From: Malacoraja senta
Lineage: Eukaryota
Reading direction: 5' to 3'
Assembly: GCA_038087875.1 (NCBI GenBank)
Contig: JAXLNO010003487.1
Span: 1 to 64,000, forward strand
Length of the DNA: 64,000 bases
Position 1 is the first letter of the stretch. Each line of letters opens with the position of its first letter. The notes under the pieces are model-generated. The model ran no database searches, had not been told where the DNA came from, and saw only the letters and a program-made list of their open reading frames with translations. Below, one piece after another: positions 53,931 to 64,000 of this stretch. Made by a program: the position numbers and the translations under genes.

Positions 53931-55358
53931 GGCGGGGCATGTTGGTGGGTGTGGGCAAGGTGGGATGAAGGAAGGGCCTGTTTCCACACTGTGTGACTAG
54001 TGTAGATGGGGCATGTTGGCCAGTGTGGGCAAGTTGGGCTGAAGAAAGGGCCTATTTCCACACTGTGTGACTAGTGTAGATGGGGCATGTAGGTGGGTGT
54101 GGGCAAGTTGGGCCAAAGGGCCTGTTTCCGTGACTCTGGGACTAGTGTAGATGAGGCATTTTGGCCGGTGTGGGCAAGGTGGGCTGAAGAAAGGGCCTGT
54201 TTCCGTGACTCTGGGACCCTGTGACTCCATGAACCTCTGAGAGTAAAACTCTCCTTTCCCTGGGTCACTTGTTGTTAATTAAACTAGTTGAACTTTCCTC
54301 TTTAAATGCACACAGTAAAGAGAAACATTTAGTCAGCCCACCTGCTTCAGCCATGATGAATTAAGAAAATACATGTCTTCACTTCTTCCAAAAAGAAAAC
54401 TGTGCAAATCTGTCAGAGCAACAAAATGGCTTTCAATCCTGTTAAATCAAACGATGTAATCATTTTCACAAATCAAAAGTTAAATGGAAAATAATTCTGA
54501 CCCCCTTGGATTTCTGAATTAATACGTCATAATCACCATGCACATCTGTCCACATCTGTCTGCTGGCGCTGTATGTAAACCTGTCCTACCTCTATGTCCT
54601 TTAATTCTGAGGCTGTGACCTCTGATCCTAGACTCTCCCACTAGTGGAAATATCCTCTCCACATCCACTCTATCCAGGCCTTTCACTATTCGGTGAACTT
54701 TCAATGAGGCCCCCCCCTCATTCTTCTAAACTCCAGCGTGTACAGACCCAGCGCCGACAAACGCTCGTCATATGTTAACCCACTCGTTCGTGGGATATTT
54801 CTGGGAAACCTGGACCCTCTGGACCCTCTCCAACACCGACACATCCTTCCTCAGGTATGCGGAGCAAAATTGCTCACAATACTCCAAATGTGGCCTCACC
54901 TGTGCCTTCTCGAGCCAAAGAATGGCATCCATGATTTTATATTCTGGTCAGCTTGAAATATAGGTTCAGCTTTGCATTCGCCTCCCTTCCCGCAAGTCTA
55001 GAAATCACGGACAGGTGTGGTTTAGGTTCAGGACCCTTCTGCAGACTCACGATACTGGTCCTGATGACAATAAACTCCAGAAACAGGAGCTGTAGAAGGT
55101 GGTTTACCTACAGATGTTGCCTGACCCGAACGCTGAGTTACTCCGGCACTCAGTTCATTGGCTATATTTAAGAGGGAGTTAGATGTGGCCCTTGTGGCTA
55201 AAGGGATCAGAGGGTATGGAGAGAAGGCAGGTACGGGATACTGAGTTGGATGATCAGCCAAGATCATATTGAATGGCGGTGCAGGCTCGGGGCCGAATTG
55301 CCTACTCCTGCACCTAATTTCTATGTTTCTATGTTTTTATGTTTCTGTGTCTTTGACA

Positions 55359-55511
55359 TTAAACGCAGCGGTCCCCAGGTGGAGGTGGTGCTCCATGCTG
55401 TCCCCTGTTATTCTGGACCGAGGGGACTTTCTGTAGCAGCGTTTCTTGGAGCCGGAGATGTTGAGATTGAATCACCAGCTTGAATCCGGGGATTGTTTCA
55501 ATGGTGAAAGT
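55359..55511 (-). other. Unassigned candidate terminal exon (TFTIETIPGFKLV...)
   Basis: Acceptor CCTGTTTTCTTGGCAG; 50 codons to TAA; unique GC-rich DNA. Confidence 0.35.
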
Positions 55512-55549
55512 CTGCCAAGAAAACAGGTCTCTTCTCCCTCCCACAGCGT

Positions 55550-55994
55550 GGCGCTCCCTCCATCCCTCCTTCCCCCTCTCCCTCCCTCTCTCTCTCCCTC
55601 CATCCCTCCCTCCCACCTTCCCCCTCTCCCTCCCTCTCTCTCTTCCACTCTCTTTTCCTCCATCCCTCCCTCCCACCTTCTCCTTCTCCCTCTCTCTCTC
55701 CCACTCTCCCTCCCTCCCTCTCACCTCCCCCCTCTCCCTCCCTCTCTCCCTCCCTCCCTCTCTCCCTCCCTCCTCCCTCCCTCTCTCCCTCCCTCCGTCA
55801 CTCCCCCCTCTCTCCCTCCCTCCTCCCTGCCTCTCTCTCCCTCCCTCGCTCTCTCCCTCCCTCCCTCTCTCTCTCCTCCCTCCATCCCTCCCTCCCACCT
55901 TCCCCCTATCCCTTCCTCTCTCCCTCTCTCTCTCCCTCCCTCCTCCCTCTCTCCTCCCTCCCTCCCTCTCTCTCCCTCGCTCCCATCCCTCCCA
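55550..55994. repeat. CT-rich low-complexity tract ending in assembly gap (N at 55995-56226)
   Basis: Direct. Confidence 0.97.
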
Positions 55995-56522
55995 NNNNNN
56001 NNNNNNNNNNNNNNNNNNNNNNNNNNNNNNNNNNNNNNNNNNNNNNNNNNNNNNNNNNNNNNNNNNNNNNNNNNNNNNNNNNNNNNNNNNNNNNNNNNNN
56101 NNNNNNNNNNNNNNNNNNNNNNNNNNNNNNNNNNNNNNNNNNNNNNNNNNNNNNNNNNNNNNNNNNNNNNNNNNNNNNNNNNNNNNNNNNNNNNNNNNNN
56201 NNNNNNNNNNNNNNNNNNNNNNNNNNATTGCAACCGGGGCACAGCCACACTACCAGGCAGCACAGGTATACAATTCAAAGCATATTATTTTGTGTTAGAT
56301 TGTAGTTTAAATAATTTTCATTCACAACCGCATAAGGCCATTAAACTAATTATCTTCCTTGAGTGATGTGATGAAAGAATAGTCCATGATTTGCCTGAAA
56401 AGATAATACATTTTCATAAAGTTTACAGTAAAATCTGGAATAACCCAACTGCACCTTTTTATGGTCTGCTAAAAAGCTTTTAACATGTGATTCCTAATTC
56501 TTTTCCAGAGAACCCTACTCAC

Positions 56523-56608
56523 TTTCACACATCTGCAGCCTGCTGTAACAGCCTTAACTGCATTGGCATCTGGATATGGAGACAGCTGTCTCCGTGGCAC
56601 AGAAACAG
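56523..56608 (-). other. Unassigned candidate exon (A)VSVPRRQLSPYPDANAVKAVTAGCRCVK
   Basis: Polypyrimidine CTCTCTCTCCCTTCATCCACAG acceptor, GTGAGT donor, 86 nt, only the phase 1-to-0 frame is open. Confidence 0.45.
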
Positions 56609-58249
56609 CTGTGGATGAAGGGAGAGAGAGAGGGGCTCAGAGATGGGTCTGTAGTAAAGTATACACTTTGATGTAGATTCTTATTTGTATGTTAATGGTG
56701 TTTTTTCCCTGTTTGAGATAGTTTTTGTTTTGTTTGCATACTCCTACATTTTGTAGTGGGTGATAGTTAAACACCTTTTTAAGAATCCATTTGATTCTCA
56801 CCGTTTGTTTACTTTTGTACACAATAAAAGAGAGTTCTATGTTCTCAAAATGAAATTGATGTCTGCAAGTCTTCATTTTAATATAATTCCATAGTATCAT
56901 GACTTTAATGTACTGTTTCCTTCATCATGAAACACCAAATAGAGGATGCGATCTACTCACATCTTACATCTCACAATCATTTGCTGTGCCTTTTAAATGT
57001 AAAACAACTTTACCTCAGAAAATAAGACAAATTGCACTGTGAATGTGAAACAGTCTTTATTCATCTTGTTCAATAAATAAAGGCCATTTTTACACATCTT
57101 GATAAATGGAGCACCACAGCAAACAACAGTGGTTTGCAATAGGGCTTACCGTACTTCAATTAGCAAATGAAACACAGAGAAGTTTTTCCAGTATTTCTTA
57201 TCATTCAGCTGACAAATGAAGCACCAGCCTACATTCTGACAATAAAACAGACAATGCAATGAATTCAAGGGCTATGTATGCAGATCGACCTATACTAATC
57301 AGACCAGCAGATGCATGATAAATACTACTTTATGAACAGACATCTGCTATGAAATTATTTATACAAAAATGAAAATAAAAATTCACACTTAAACTGAAAT
57401 CAAACAAACTCAGCACGATTTAAACTAAACATAACATTCACTGATCTTGTCTGCATGTGGGTTCTCCTCATGCACTGGTGTACCTGTTGTCTGCTGTCCC
57501 TCAAATGACTTAGTTCTGCCACGGCACACTGCCCAGTGCTGAGTTATAGTATGAGCAGAGATGGTCTCTCTGCTCTTTTGCACTCTTAAGGGCCTGTCCC
57601 ACTCAAACAAGTTAATAAGACAACTAGCCATGTACAAAGCCATGCTGGCTATCCCTAATTAGCCCATTTTCTTCCAAATGGGAGTAAATCCTATCTTGAA
57701 GAATCCTCTTCAATACCTTCCATACCACTGATGTGACGCTCACGAGTCAGGATGAAGAGTACAAATTACAGCAGGAGATACAATCAGCATGTAAGAAAGG
57801 CCATGTTACAGGGAATTTCAATATGCAGGTAGACTGGGAAAATCAGGCTGGTACTGGATCCCAAGAGGGCTGCAAGAGGGCTTCTTAGAGCTGCTTGTGG
57901 TTGAGCCTACCAGGGAAAAGGCAATTCTGGATTCGGTGTTGTGCAAGAACTGGATTTGATTATGGAGCTTAAGGTAAAGGAACCCCTGAGAATTTGTGAC
58001 ATAATATGATAAAATTCAACCTGCAGTTTGAGAAGAAGAAATCAGATGTGACGGCATTACTGTAGAGTCAAGGTAACTGTAGAGGCATAAGTAAGAAGGT
58101 GGCTATTGTTGAGTACAAGGCGATCCAAGCAAGAATGATTGTGGAACAGCAATGGCAGAAGTTTCTGAGATAATTTGGAAGTTGCAGGATCTTTTCATCC
58201 CAAAGAGGAAGAAAGATTCTGAGGGAAGAATGAGGCGACTGGGGCTGAC

Positions 58250-58705
58250 TAAAGGGGCTGCCCCACTTGGGCCACCTAATCTGCGATGGCAGTAAAAATA
58301 CAACTCCTGCTGTTTGCAGCAGGCCTTTTGCTTCTGCAGCCTAAAGGCAGATGGGCAAGAACAAGGGTGAAGAGAAAGCACAAGAAGAGGTCTCAGTGGG
58401 TGAAGCCCCTCTTGCAAAGAAGATTCAGGCTTGGACAGTATGAGAACCTGATAAATGTGCAACATGAGGAGGATTTGTCTGCTTTTAAAAACGTTACAAG
58501 AATACCCCCTGACCTGTTTAATGACAAACATGGGCCCTCTGCTGAGAAAGCCACAGGAACCAGGCTTGCGCCTAGCCATCACCCTCCGCTGTGGGCCAAA
58601 TGGATTCTTGGGGTGACAGCTCAGTCACTCAAGCCTGATGTGCTGGCAGCTCACTCACGGCTGGTGGGCGAGCAGTTGACTCATGGCTATTCCTTGAAAT
58701 TCCTT
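58250..58705 (+). mobile_element. PIF/Harbinger transposon left end with transposase N-terminal fragment
   Basis: TAA then GGGGCTGCCCCACTT end; WVKPLLQRR..GQYENL...D..AFKN.TRI..DLF. Confidence 0.7.
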
Positions 58706-58706
58706 T

Positions 58707-58945
58707 TCAAGCAGGGTGCAAGGCCACCAAATTCAAATGCAGTTTCATGCCATTTCAAGCAGGGTGCAAGGCCACCAAATTCAAATGCAGTTTCATGCCA
58801 TTTCAAGCAGGGTGCAAGGCCACCAAATTCAAATGCAGTTTCATGCCATTTCAAGCAGGGTGCAAGGCCACCAAATTCAAATGCAGTTTCATGCCATTTC
58901 AAGCAGGGTGCAAGGCCACCGAATTCAAGTGCAGTTGCCTACCAC
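58707..58945. repeat. 48-bp minisatellite, about 5 copies
   Basis: TTCAAGCAGGGTGCAAGGCCACCAAATTCAAATGCAGTTTCATGCCAT. Confidence 0.97.
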
Positions 58946-58974
58946 TTCATTTCAAAGCAGTTACGACCACCAAC

Positions 58975-60444
58975 AACCGTTTGCAGTGGGGTAATTCTGG
59001 ATTTAGTGTTATGTAATGAACTGGATTTGATAAAGGACCTTGAAGTTAATGAGCCATTAGGAGGCAGTGACCATAACATGGTCAGGTTTAATCTACAATT
59101 GGAGAGGGAGAAGAGTAGATCGGAGGTGGCAGTGTTGCAGTTGAATAAAGGGGACTATGGGCCATGAGGGAGGAGCTGGCCAAAGTTGACTGGAAAGATA
59201 CACTAGCAGGGATGACAGTGGAACAAAAATGGCAGGCATTTCTAGGAATAATACAGAAGGTGCCGGATGATTTCATTCCTCAGAGGAAGAAAGATTCCAA
59301 GGGGAGAAACGGACGACCAAGTACAACGAAGAAGTACAACGTAGCAAAGATGAGCGGGAAGCAAGAGGTTTGGGTAATGTTTAAAAAACAACAGAAGATA
59401 ACCAAAAAGACAATACGGGGAGAAAAGATGAGGTACGAAGGTAAGCTAGCCAAGAATTTAAAGCAGGATAGTAAAAGCTTCTTTAGGTATGGGAAGAGGA
59501 AAAAATTAGTGAAGACCAAAGTTAGACCCTTGAAGACCGAAAAAGGTGAATTTATTATGGGGAACAAGGAAATGGCAGATGAGTTGAACAGGTACTTTGG
59601 ATCTGTCTTCACTAAGGGGGACACAAACAATCTTCCTGATATAGTAGTGGCCAGAAGATCAGGGGTGACGGAGGAACTGAAGGAAATCTACATTATGCAA
59701 GAAATGGTGTTGGATAGACTGATGGGACTGAAGGCTGATAAATCCCCAGGGACCGATGGTCTGCATCCCAGGGTACTTAAGGAAGTGGCTCTAGAAATCG
59801 TGGATGCATTGGTGATAATTTTCCAATGTTCTATAGACTCAGGATCAGTTCCTGTGGACTGGAGGGTAGCTAATGTTATCCCACTTTTTAAGAAAGGCGG
59901 GAGAGAGAAAACAGGGAATTATAGACCAGTTAGCCTGACATCGGTGGTGGGGAAGATGCTGGAGTCAATTATAAAAGATGAGATAGCCGAACATTTGGAT
60001 AGCAGTAACAGGATCGGTCCGAGTCAGCATGGATTTACGAAGAGGAAATCATGCTTGACTAATCTTCTGGAATTTTTTGAAGATGTAACTAGGAAAATGG
60101 ACAAAGGAGAGCCAGTGGATGTAGTGTACCTGGACTTTCAGAAAACATTTGATAAGGTCCCACATAGGAGATTAGTGGGCAAAGTAAAGGCACATGGTAT
60201 TGGGGGTAGAGTGCTGACATGGATAGAGAAGTGGTTGGCAGACAGGAAACAAAGAGTAGGGATTAACGGGTCCCTTTCAGAATGGCAGGCAGTGACTATT
60301 GGGGTACCGCAAGGCTCGGTGCTGGGACCGCAGCTATTTACAATATACATCAATGATTTGGATGAAGGGATTCAAAGCTACATTAGCAAATTAGCAGATG
60401 ACACAAAGCTGGGTGGCAGTGTGAACCGTGAGGAGGATGTTATG
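58975..60444 (+). mobile_element. CR1 internal fragment (EN end to RT), 3' end missing
   Basis: [34 protein letters not shown]; stops abruptly at GAGGAGGATGTTATGAG. Confidence 0.92.
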
Positions 60445-60470
60445 AGTGGGGGTACGGGGGGATTCCCTAC

Positions 60471-60650
60471 CCGCGTGTCACAGGTGAACTCGGCCAAATC
60501 CCCTCCACACATGGAGCTGACGACCGTCTCCCACACGGGCAGCTTGAACTTCTTGCCAATGATCAGCTCCATGGGTTTGCCGTTGGTCCGGCTGTCGTTG
60601 ATGAGCTTCCGCTCTGGGTCACAGCGCTGGATCTTGTAGTGGAACGTGGC
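60471..60650 (-). pseudogene. AIP: Isolated AIP (aryl hydrocarbon receptor-interacting protein) exon 2, FKBP-like domain
   Basis: [60 protein letters not shown]; 180 nt, phase 0-0, CACACAG / GTAGGG; [19 protein letters not shown] matches AIP as recalled. Confidence 0.9.
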
Positions 60651-60737
60651 CTGTGTGGGGGGGTAAGAAGTCACAGTTCAGTGGTCACTGCGTCTTCGTC
60701 AAATCAGGGCGGTCGGGACCGGGATGTCCCTCTAAAA

Positions 60738-61250
60738 CACAGACAATAGGTGCAGGAGGAGGCCATTCATTATGATCATGGCTGATCGTCCCCAATCAAT
60801 AACCTGTGCCTGCCTTCTCCCCATATCCTTTGACTCCACTAGCCCCTAGAGCTCTATCTAACTCTCTCTTAAATCCATCCAGTGACTTGGCCTCCACTGC
60901 CCTCTGTGGCAGGGAATTCCACAAATTCACAACTCTCTGGGTGAAATGTTTTTTTCTCAGCTCAGTCTTAAATGACCTCCCCTTTATTCTAAGACTGTGG
61001 CCCCTGGTTCTGGACTCGCCCAACATTGGGAACATTTTTCCTGCATTTAGCTTGTCCAGTCCTTTTATAATTTTATATGTTTCTATAAGAGCCCCCCCCT
61101 CATCCTTCTAAACTCCAGTGAATACAAGCCTAGTTTTTTCAATCTTTCCTCATATGACAGTCCCGCCATCCCAGGGATCAATCTCGTGAACCTACGCTGC
61201 ACTGCCTCAATCACAAGGATGTCCTTCCTCAAATTAGACCAAAACTGTAC
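60738..61250 (-). mobile_element. CR1 3' fragment
   Basis: YSLEFRRMRG, RTRGHSLRIKG, 3' UTR. Confidence 0.88.
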
Positions 61251-61255
61251 ACTAT

Positions 61256-62095
61256 AGGGAGGTTGCACGGCAGTCGGGTCACGACCCATGACCCGTACTG
61301 TTGCTACGCTACGCCAAATGGAGTACAAGCGATGAACGGCAGGTAAGCACTGACCATTGTTTCCAGTGTAGCGGGCCCGTTAAAACCTGCCGAAATGGTC
61401 AATTTTTGCGCTGTAAATAATTATGGAAATCGGGATAAGTTTAAGAGACATTTATCTTACTTCAGATTTCCAAACGTGAGGAGAAATGACGGTAGATAGA
61501 AGCGAGAGCTGAAGAGACAACAACACCTAAAGTCCTTGGCGAACATTGGCCGTTTGCTCACTGCATTTCATCAACTAAGGAATTATTTGTGTTTTTTCTT
61601 GATTCCTTTGGCATCTAAAAAGTTTCACAAGTGATAAATCAGGCTGTAACATTTAAAAATCGCCCATGGTTCTCAAGTGGGTTTTTAAATACAAAAAGAA
61701 AACGCCTCTGAAGCAAAATTTACAGCCAGATTTATCACTTCTGAGACTTTTTAGATACCAAAGGATTCAAGAAAAAACACAAATAATGCCTTACTGTTGA
61801 TGAAATGCAGTGAGCAAACGCGATAATTCCCAATATTTTCAATCTCGATATCTGCACGGTCAATGTTCGCCAAGTACTTTAGCTGTTGTTGTTCCTTCAG
61901 ATCTCGCTTCTCTTTAGCTTCATCTCGCTTCACTTTTGGAATTCTGAAGTTGGGTACATGTCTCTCACACTTACCCCGACTTCCACAATTATTTACAGCG
62001 CAAAAATTCAACAATTTGGCGTTTTTTATCAGGTAGGAAAGTACACGTTTCGTGTATTAATAACATCTACCGGAAGCTGCGATGTCCTCCAGATG
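61256..62095. mobile_element. Palindromic non-autonomous DNA transposon with THAP-coding arms (ISL2EU/Harbinger-like, tentative)
   Basis: Inverted arms about 61399-61652 and 61715-62012; CAVNNC...FRIP...RVCSLHF THAP signature. Confidence 0.7.
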
Positions 62096-62099
62096 GATT

Positions 62100-63770
62100 A
62101 GAACCATAGAAAATAGGTGCAGGAGTAGGCCATTCGGCCCTTCAATATGATCATGGCTGATCATCCAACTCAGTATCCTGTACCTGCCTTCTCTCCATAC
62201 CCCCTGATCCCTTTAGCCACAAGGGCCACATCTAACCCCCTCTTAAATATAGCCAATGAACTGGCCTCTACTACCTTCTGTGGCAGAGAATTCCACAGAT
62301 TCACCACTCTCTATGTGAAAAATGTTTTTATCATCTCGGTCCTAAAAGACTTCCCCCCTTATTCTTAAACTGTGACCCCTTGTCCTGGACTTCCCCAACA
62401 TCGGGAACAATCTTCCTGCATCTAGCCTGTCCAACCCCTTAAGAATTTTGTAAGTTTCTATAAGATCCCCCCTCAATCTTCAAAATTCTAGCGAGTACAA
62501 GCCGAGTCTATCCAGTCTTTCTTCATATGAAAGTCCTGCCATCCCAGGAATCAGTCTGGTGAACCTTCTCTGTACTCCCTCTATGGCAAGAATGTCTTTC
62601 CTCAGATTAGGAGATCAAAACTGTACGCAATACTCCAGGTGTGGTCTCACCAAGACCCTGTACAACTGCAGTAGAACCTCCCTGCTCCTATACTCAAGTC
62701 CTTTTGCTATGAATGCTAACATACCATTCGCCTTCTTCTCTGCCTGGTGCACCCGCATGCCTACTTTCAATGACTGGTGTACCATGACACCCAGGTCTCT
62801 TTGCATCTCCTTTTCCTAATCGGCCACGATTCAGATAATAGTCTACTTTCCTGTTTTTGCCTCCAAAGTGGATAACCTCACATTTATCCACATTATACTG
62901 CATCTGCCATGCATTTGCCCACTCACCCAGCCTATCCAAGTCATCTTGCAGCCTCCTAGCACCCACCTCACAGCTAACACTGCCCCCCAGCTTCATGTCA
63001 TCCCCAAACTTGGAGATGTTGCATTCAATTCCCTCGTCCAAATTATTAATATATATTGTAAATAGCTGTGGTCCCAGCACTGAGCCTCGCGGTACCCCAC
63101 TAGTCACTGCCTGCCATTCTGAAAAGGACCCGTTTACTCCTACTCTTTGCTTCCTGTCTGCCAGCCAGTTCTCTATCCACATCAATACTGAACCCCCAAT
63201 ACTGTGTGCTTTAAGTTTGCATACTAATCTCTTATGTGGGACCTTGTCGAAAGCCTTCCGAAAGTCCAGATATAACACACCCACTGGTTCTCCCTTATCC
63301 ACTCTACTAGTTACATCCTCGAAAAATTCTATAAGATTTGTCAGACATGATTTACCTTTCATAAATCCATGCTGACTTTGTCCAATGATTTAACCATTTT
63401 CCAAATGTGCTGCTATCCCATCTTTAATAACTGACTCTAGCAGTTTCCCCACTACCGATGTTATACTAACTGGTCTGTAATTCCCCGTTTTCTCTCTCCC
63501 TCCCTTCCTCAGGAACTACTCCAGAATCTAAAGAGTTTTGGTAAATTATCACTAATGCATCCACTATTTATGGGGCTACATCCTTAAGTACTCTGGGATG
63601 CAGCCTATGTGTCCCTGGGGATTTATTGGCCTTTAATCCATTCAATTTACCTAACACCACTTCCCGGCTAACCTGGATTGCACTCAATTCCTCCATCTCA
63701 TTTGACCCCCGGTCCCCTGCTATTTCAGGCAGATTATTTATGTCTTCCTTAGTGAAGACACTAATAGTGA
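62100..63770 (-). mobile_element. 5'-truncated CR1 LINE
   Basis: [30 protein letters not shown]; tail at about 62100. Confidence 0.9.
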
Positions 63771-64000
63771 AGACACTACTTGAGGTCCTGAGCTATAGGG
63801 CGAGGTTGAGCATGCTGGAACTCTTCCTTGGAGCGCAGGAGGATGAGGTGGGGGTGTCCTATAGAGGTGTACAATAACATGAGAGGAATAGATCGGGTAG
63901 ACGCACAGAGTCTCTTGCCCAGAATAGGGGAATCGAGCACCAGAGGACATGGGTTTAAGATGAGGTGGGAAAGATTAATAGGAATCTGAGGATAACATTT

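Larger units (their letters stand above)
50931..54235 (+). repeat. Minisatellite (about 70-bp unit) of a CR1/SINE 3'-tail motif, in two blocks (50931-51245, 53932-54235) split by Rex1 and L1 insertions
   Basis: Recurrent CTAGTGTAGATGGGGCATGTTGGCCGGTGTGGGCAAGTTGGGC..AAGGGCCTGTTTCC. Confidence 0.85.

Noticed and set aside
54500-54590. GLHTA...HGD resembling the missing alpha-2 start
   Set aside because: Needs frameshifts, has no polypyrimidine acceptor, and is separated from the exon by non-repeat DNA
55359-56366. Long Pro/Ser/Leu- or Arg/Glu/Gly-rich ORFs
   Set aside because: Products of CT-rich low complexity and read-through of the N gap
58707-58945. Regular repeats as a CRISPR-like array
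   Set aside because: Head-to-tail units without unique spacers, in eukaryotic DNA

Overview
Repeat-rich vertebrate genomic DNA. The repeat families (CR1, L1, Rex1/Babar and Penelope-like retroelements, V-SINE/HE1-type SINEs) and the MHC sequence point to a cartilaginous fish, probably a skate or ray (inference). Host-gene content is sparse and lies on the minus strand. (i) A divergent, non-classical MHC class I gene is represented by a damaged alpha-2 exon (49295-49509), an intact alpha-3 exon (30635-30901) and an intact TM exon (27831-27938); I found no leader, alpha-1 or cytoplasmic exon. (ii) An isolated 180-nt AIP exon 2 with both splice sites sits at 60471-60650. (iii) There are a few unassigned candidate exons at 55.4-57.5 kb. 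(iv) A CpG-island/ETS promoter with a first-exon donor at about 367-545 points out of the window. Mobile DNA includes a defective endogenous retrovirus (integrase tail, reconstructable env, PPT, complete 3' LTR, plus a second env-LTR copy). There are two near-full-length L1s, one with a 15-bp TSD inside an 8.8-kb TIR element. Also present are Rex1, CR1, Penelope (with hammerhead-like motif), Harbinger and THAP-MITE fragments, a 3388-bp tandem duplication, several minisatellites and one 232-nt N gap. All identifications are by eye and from recalled family motifs; no searches were run.
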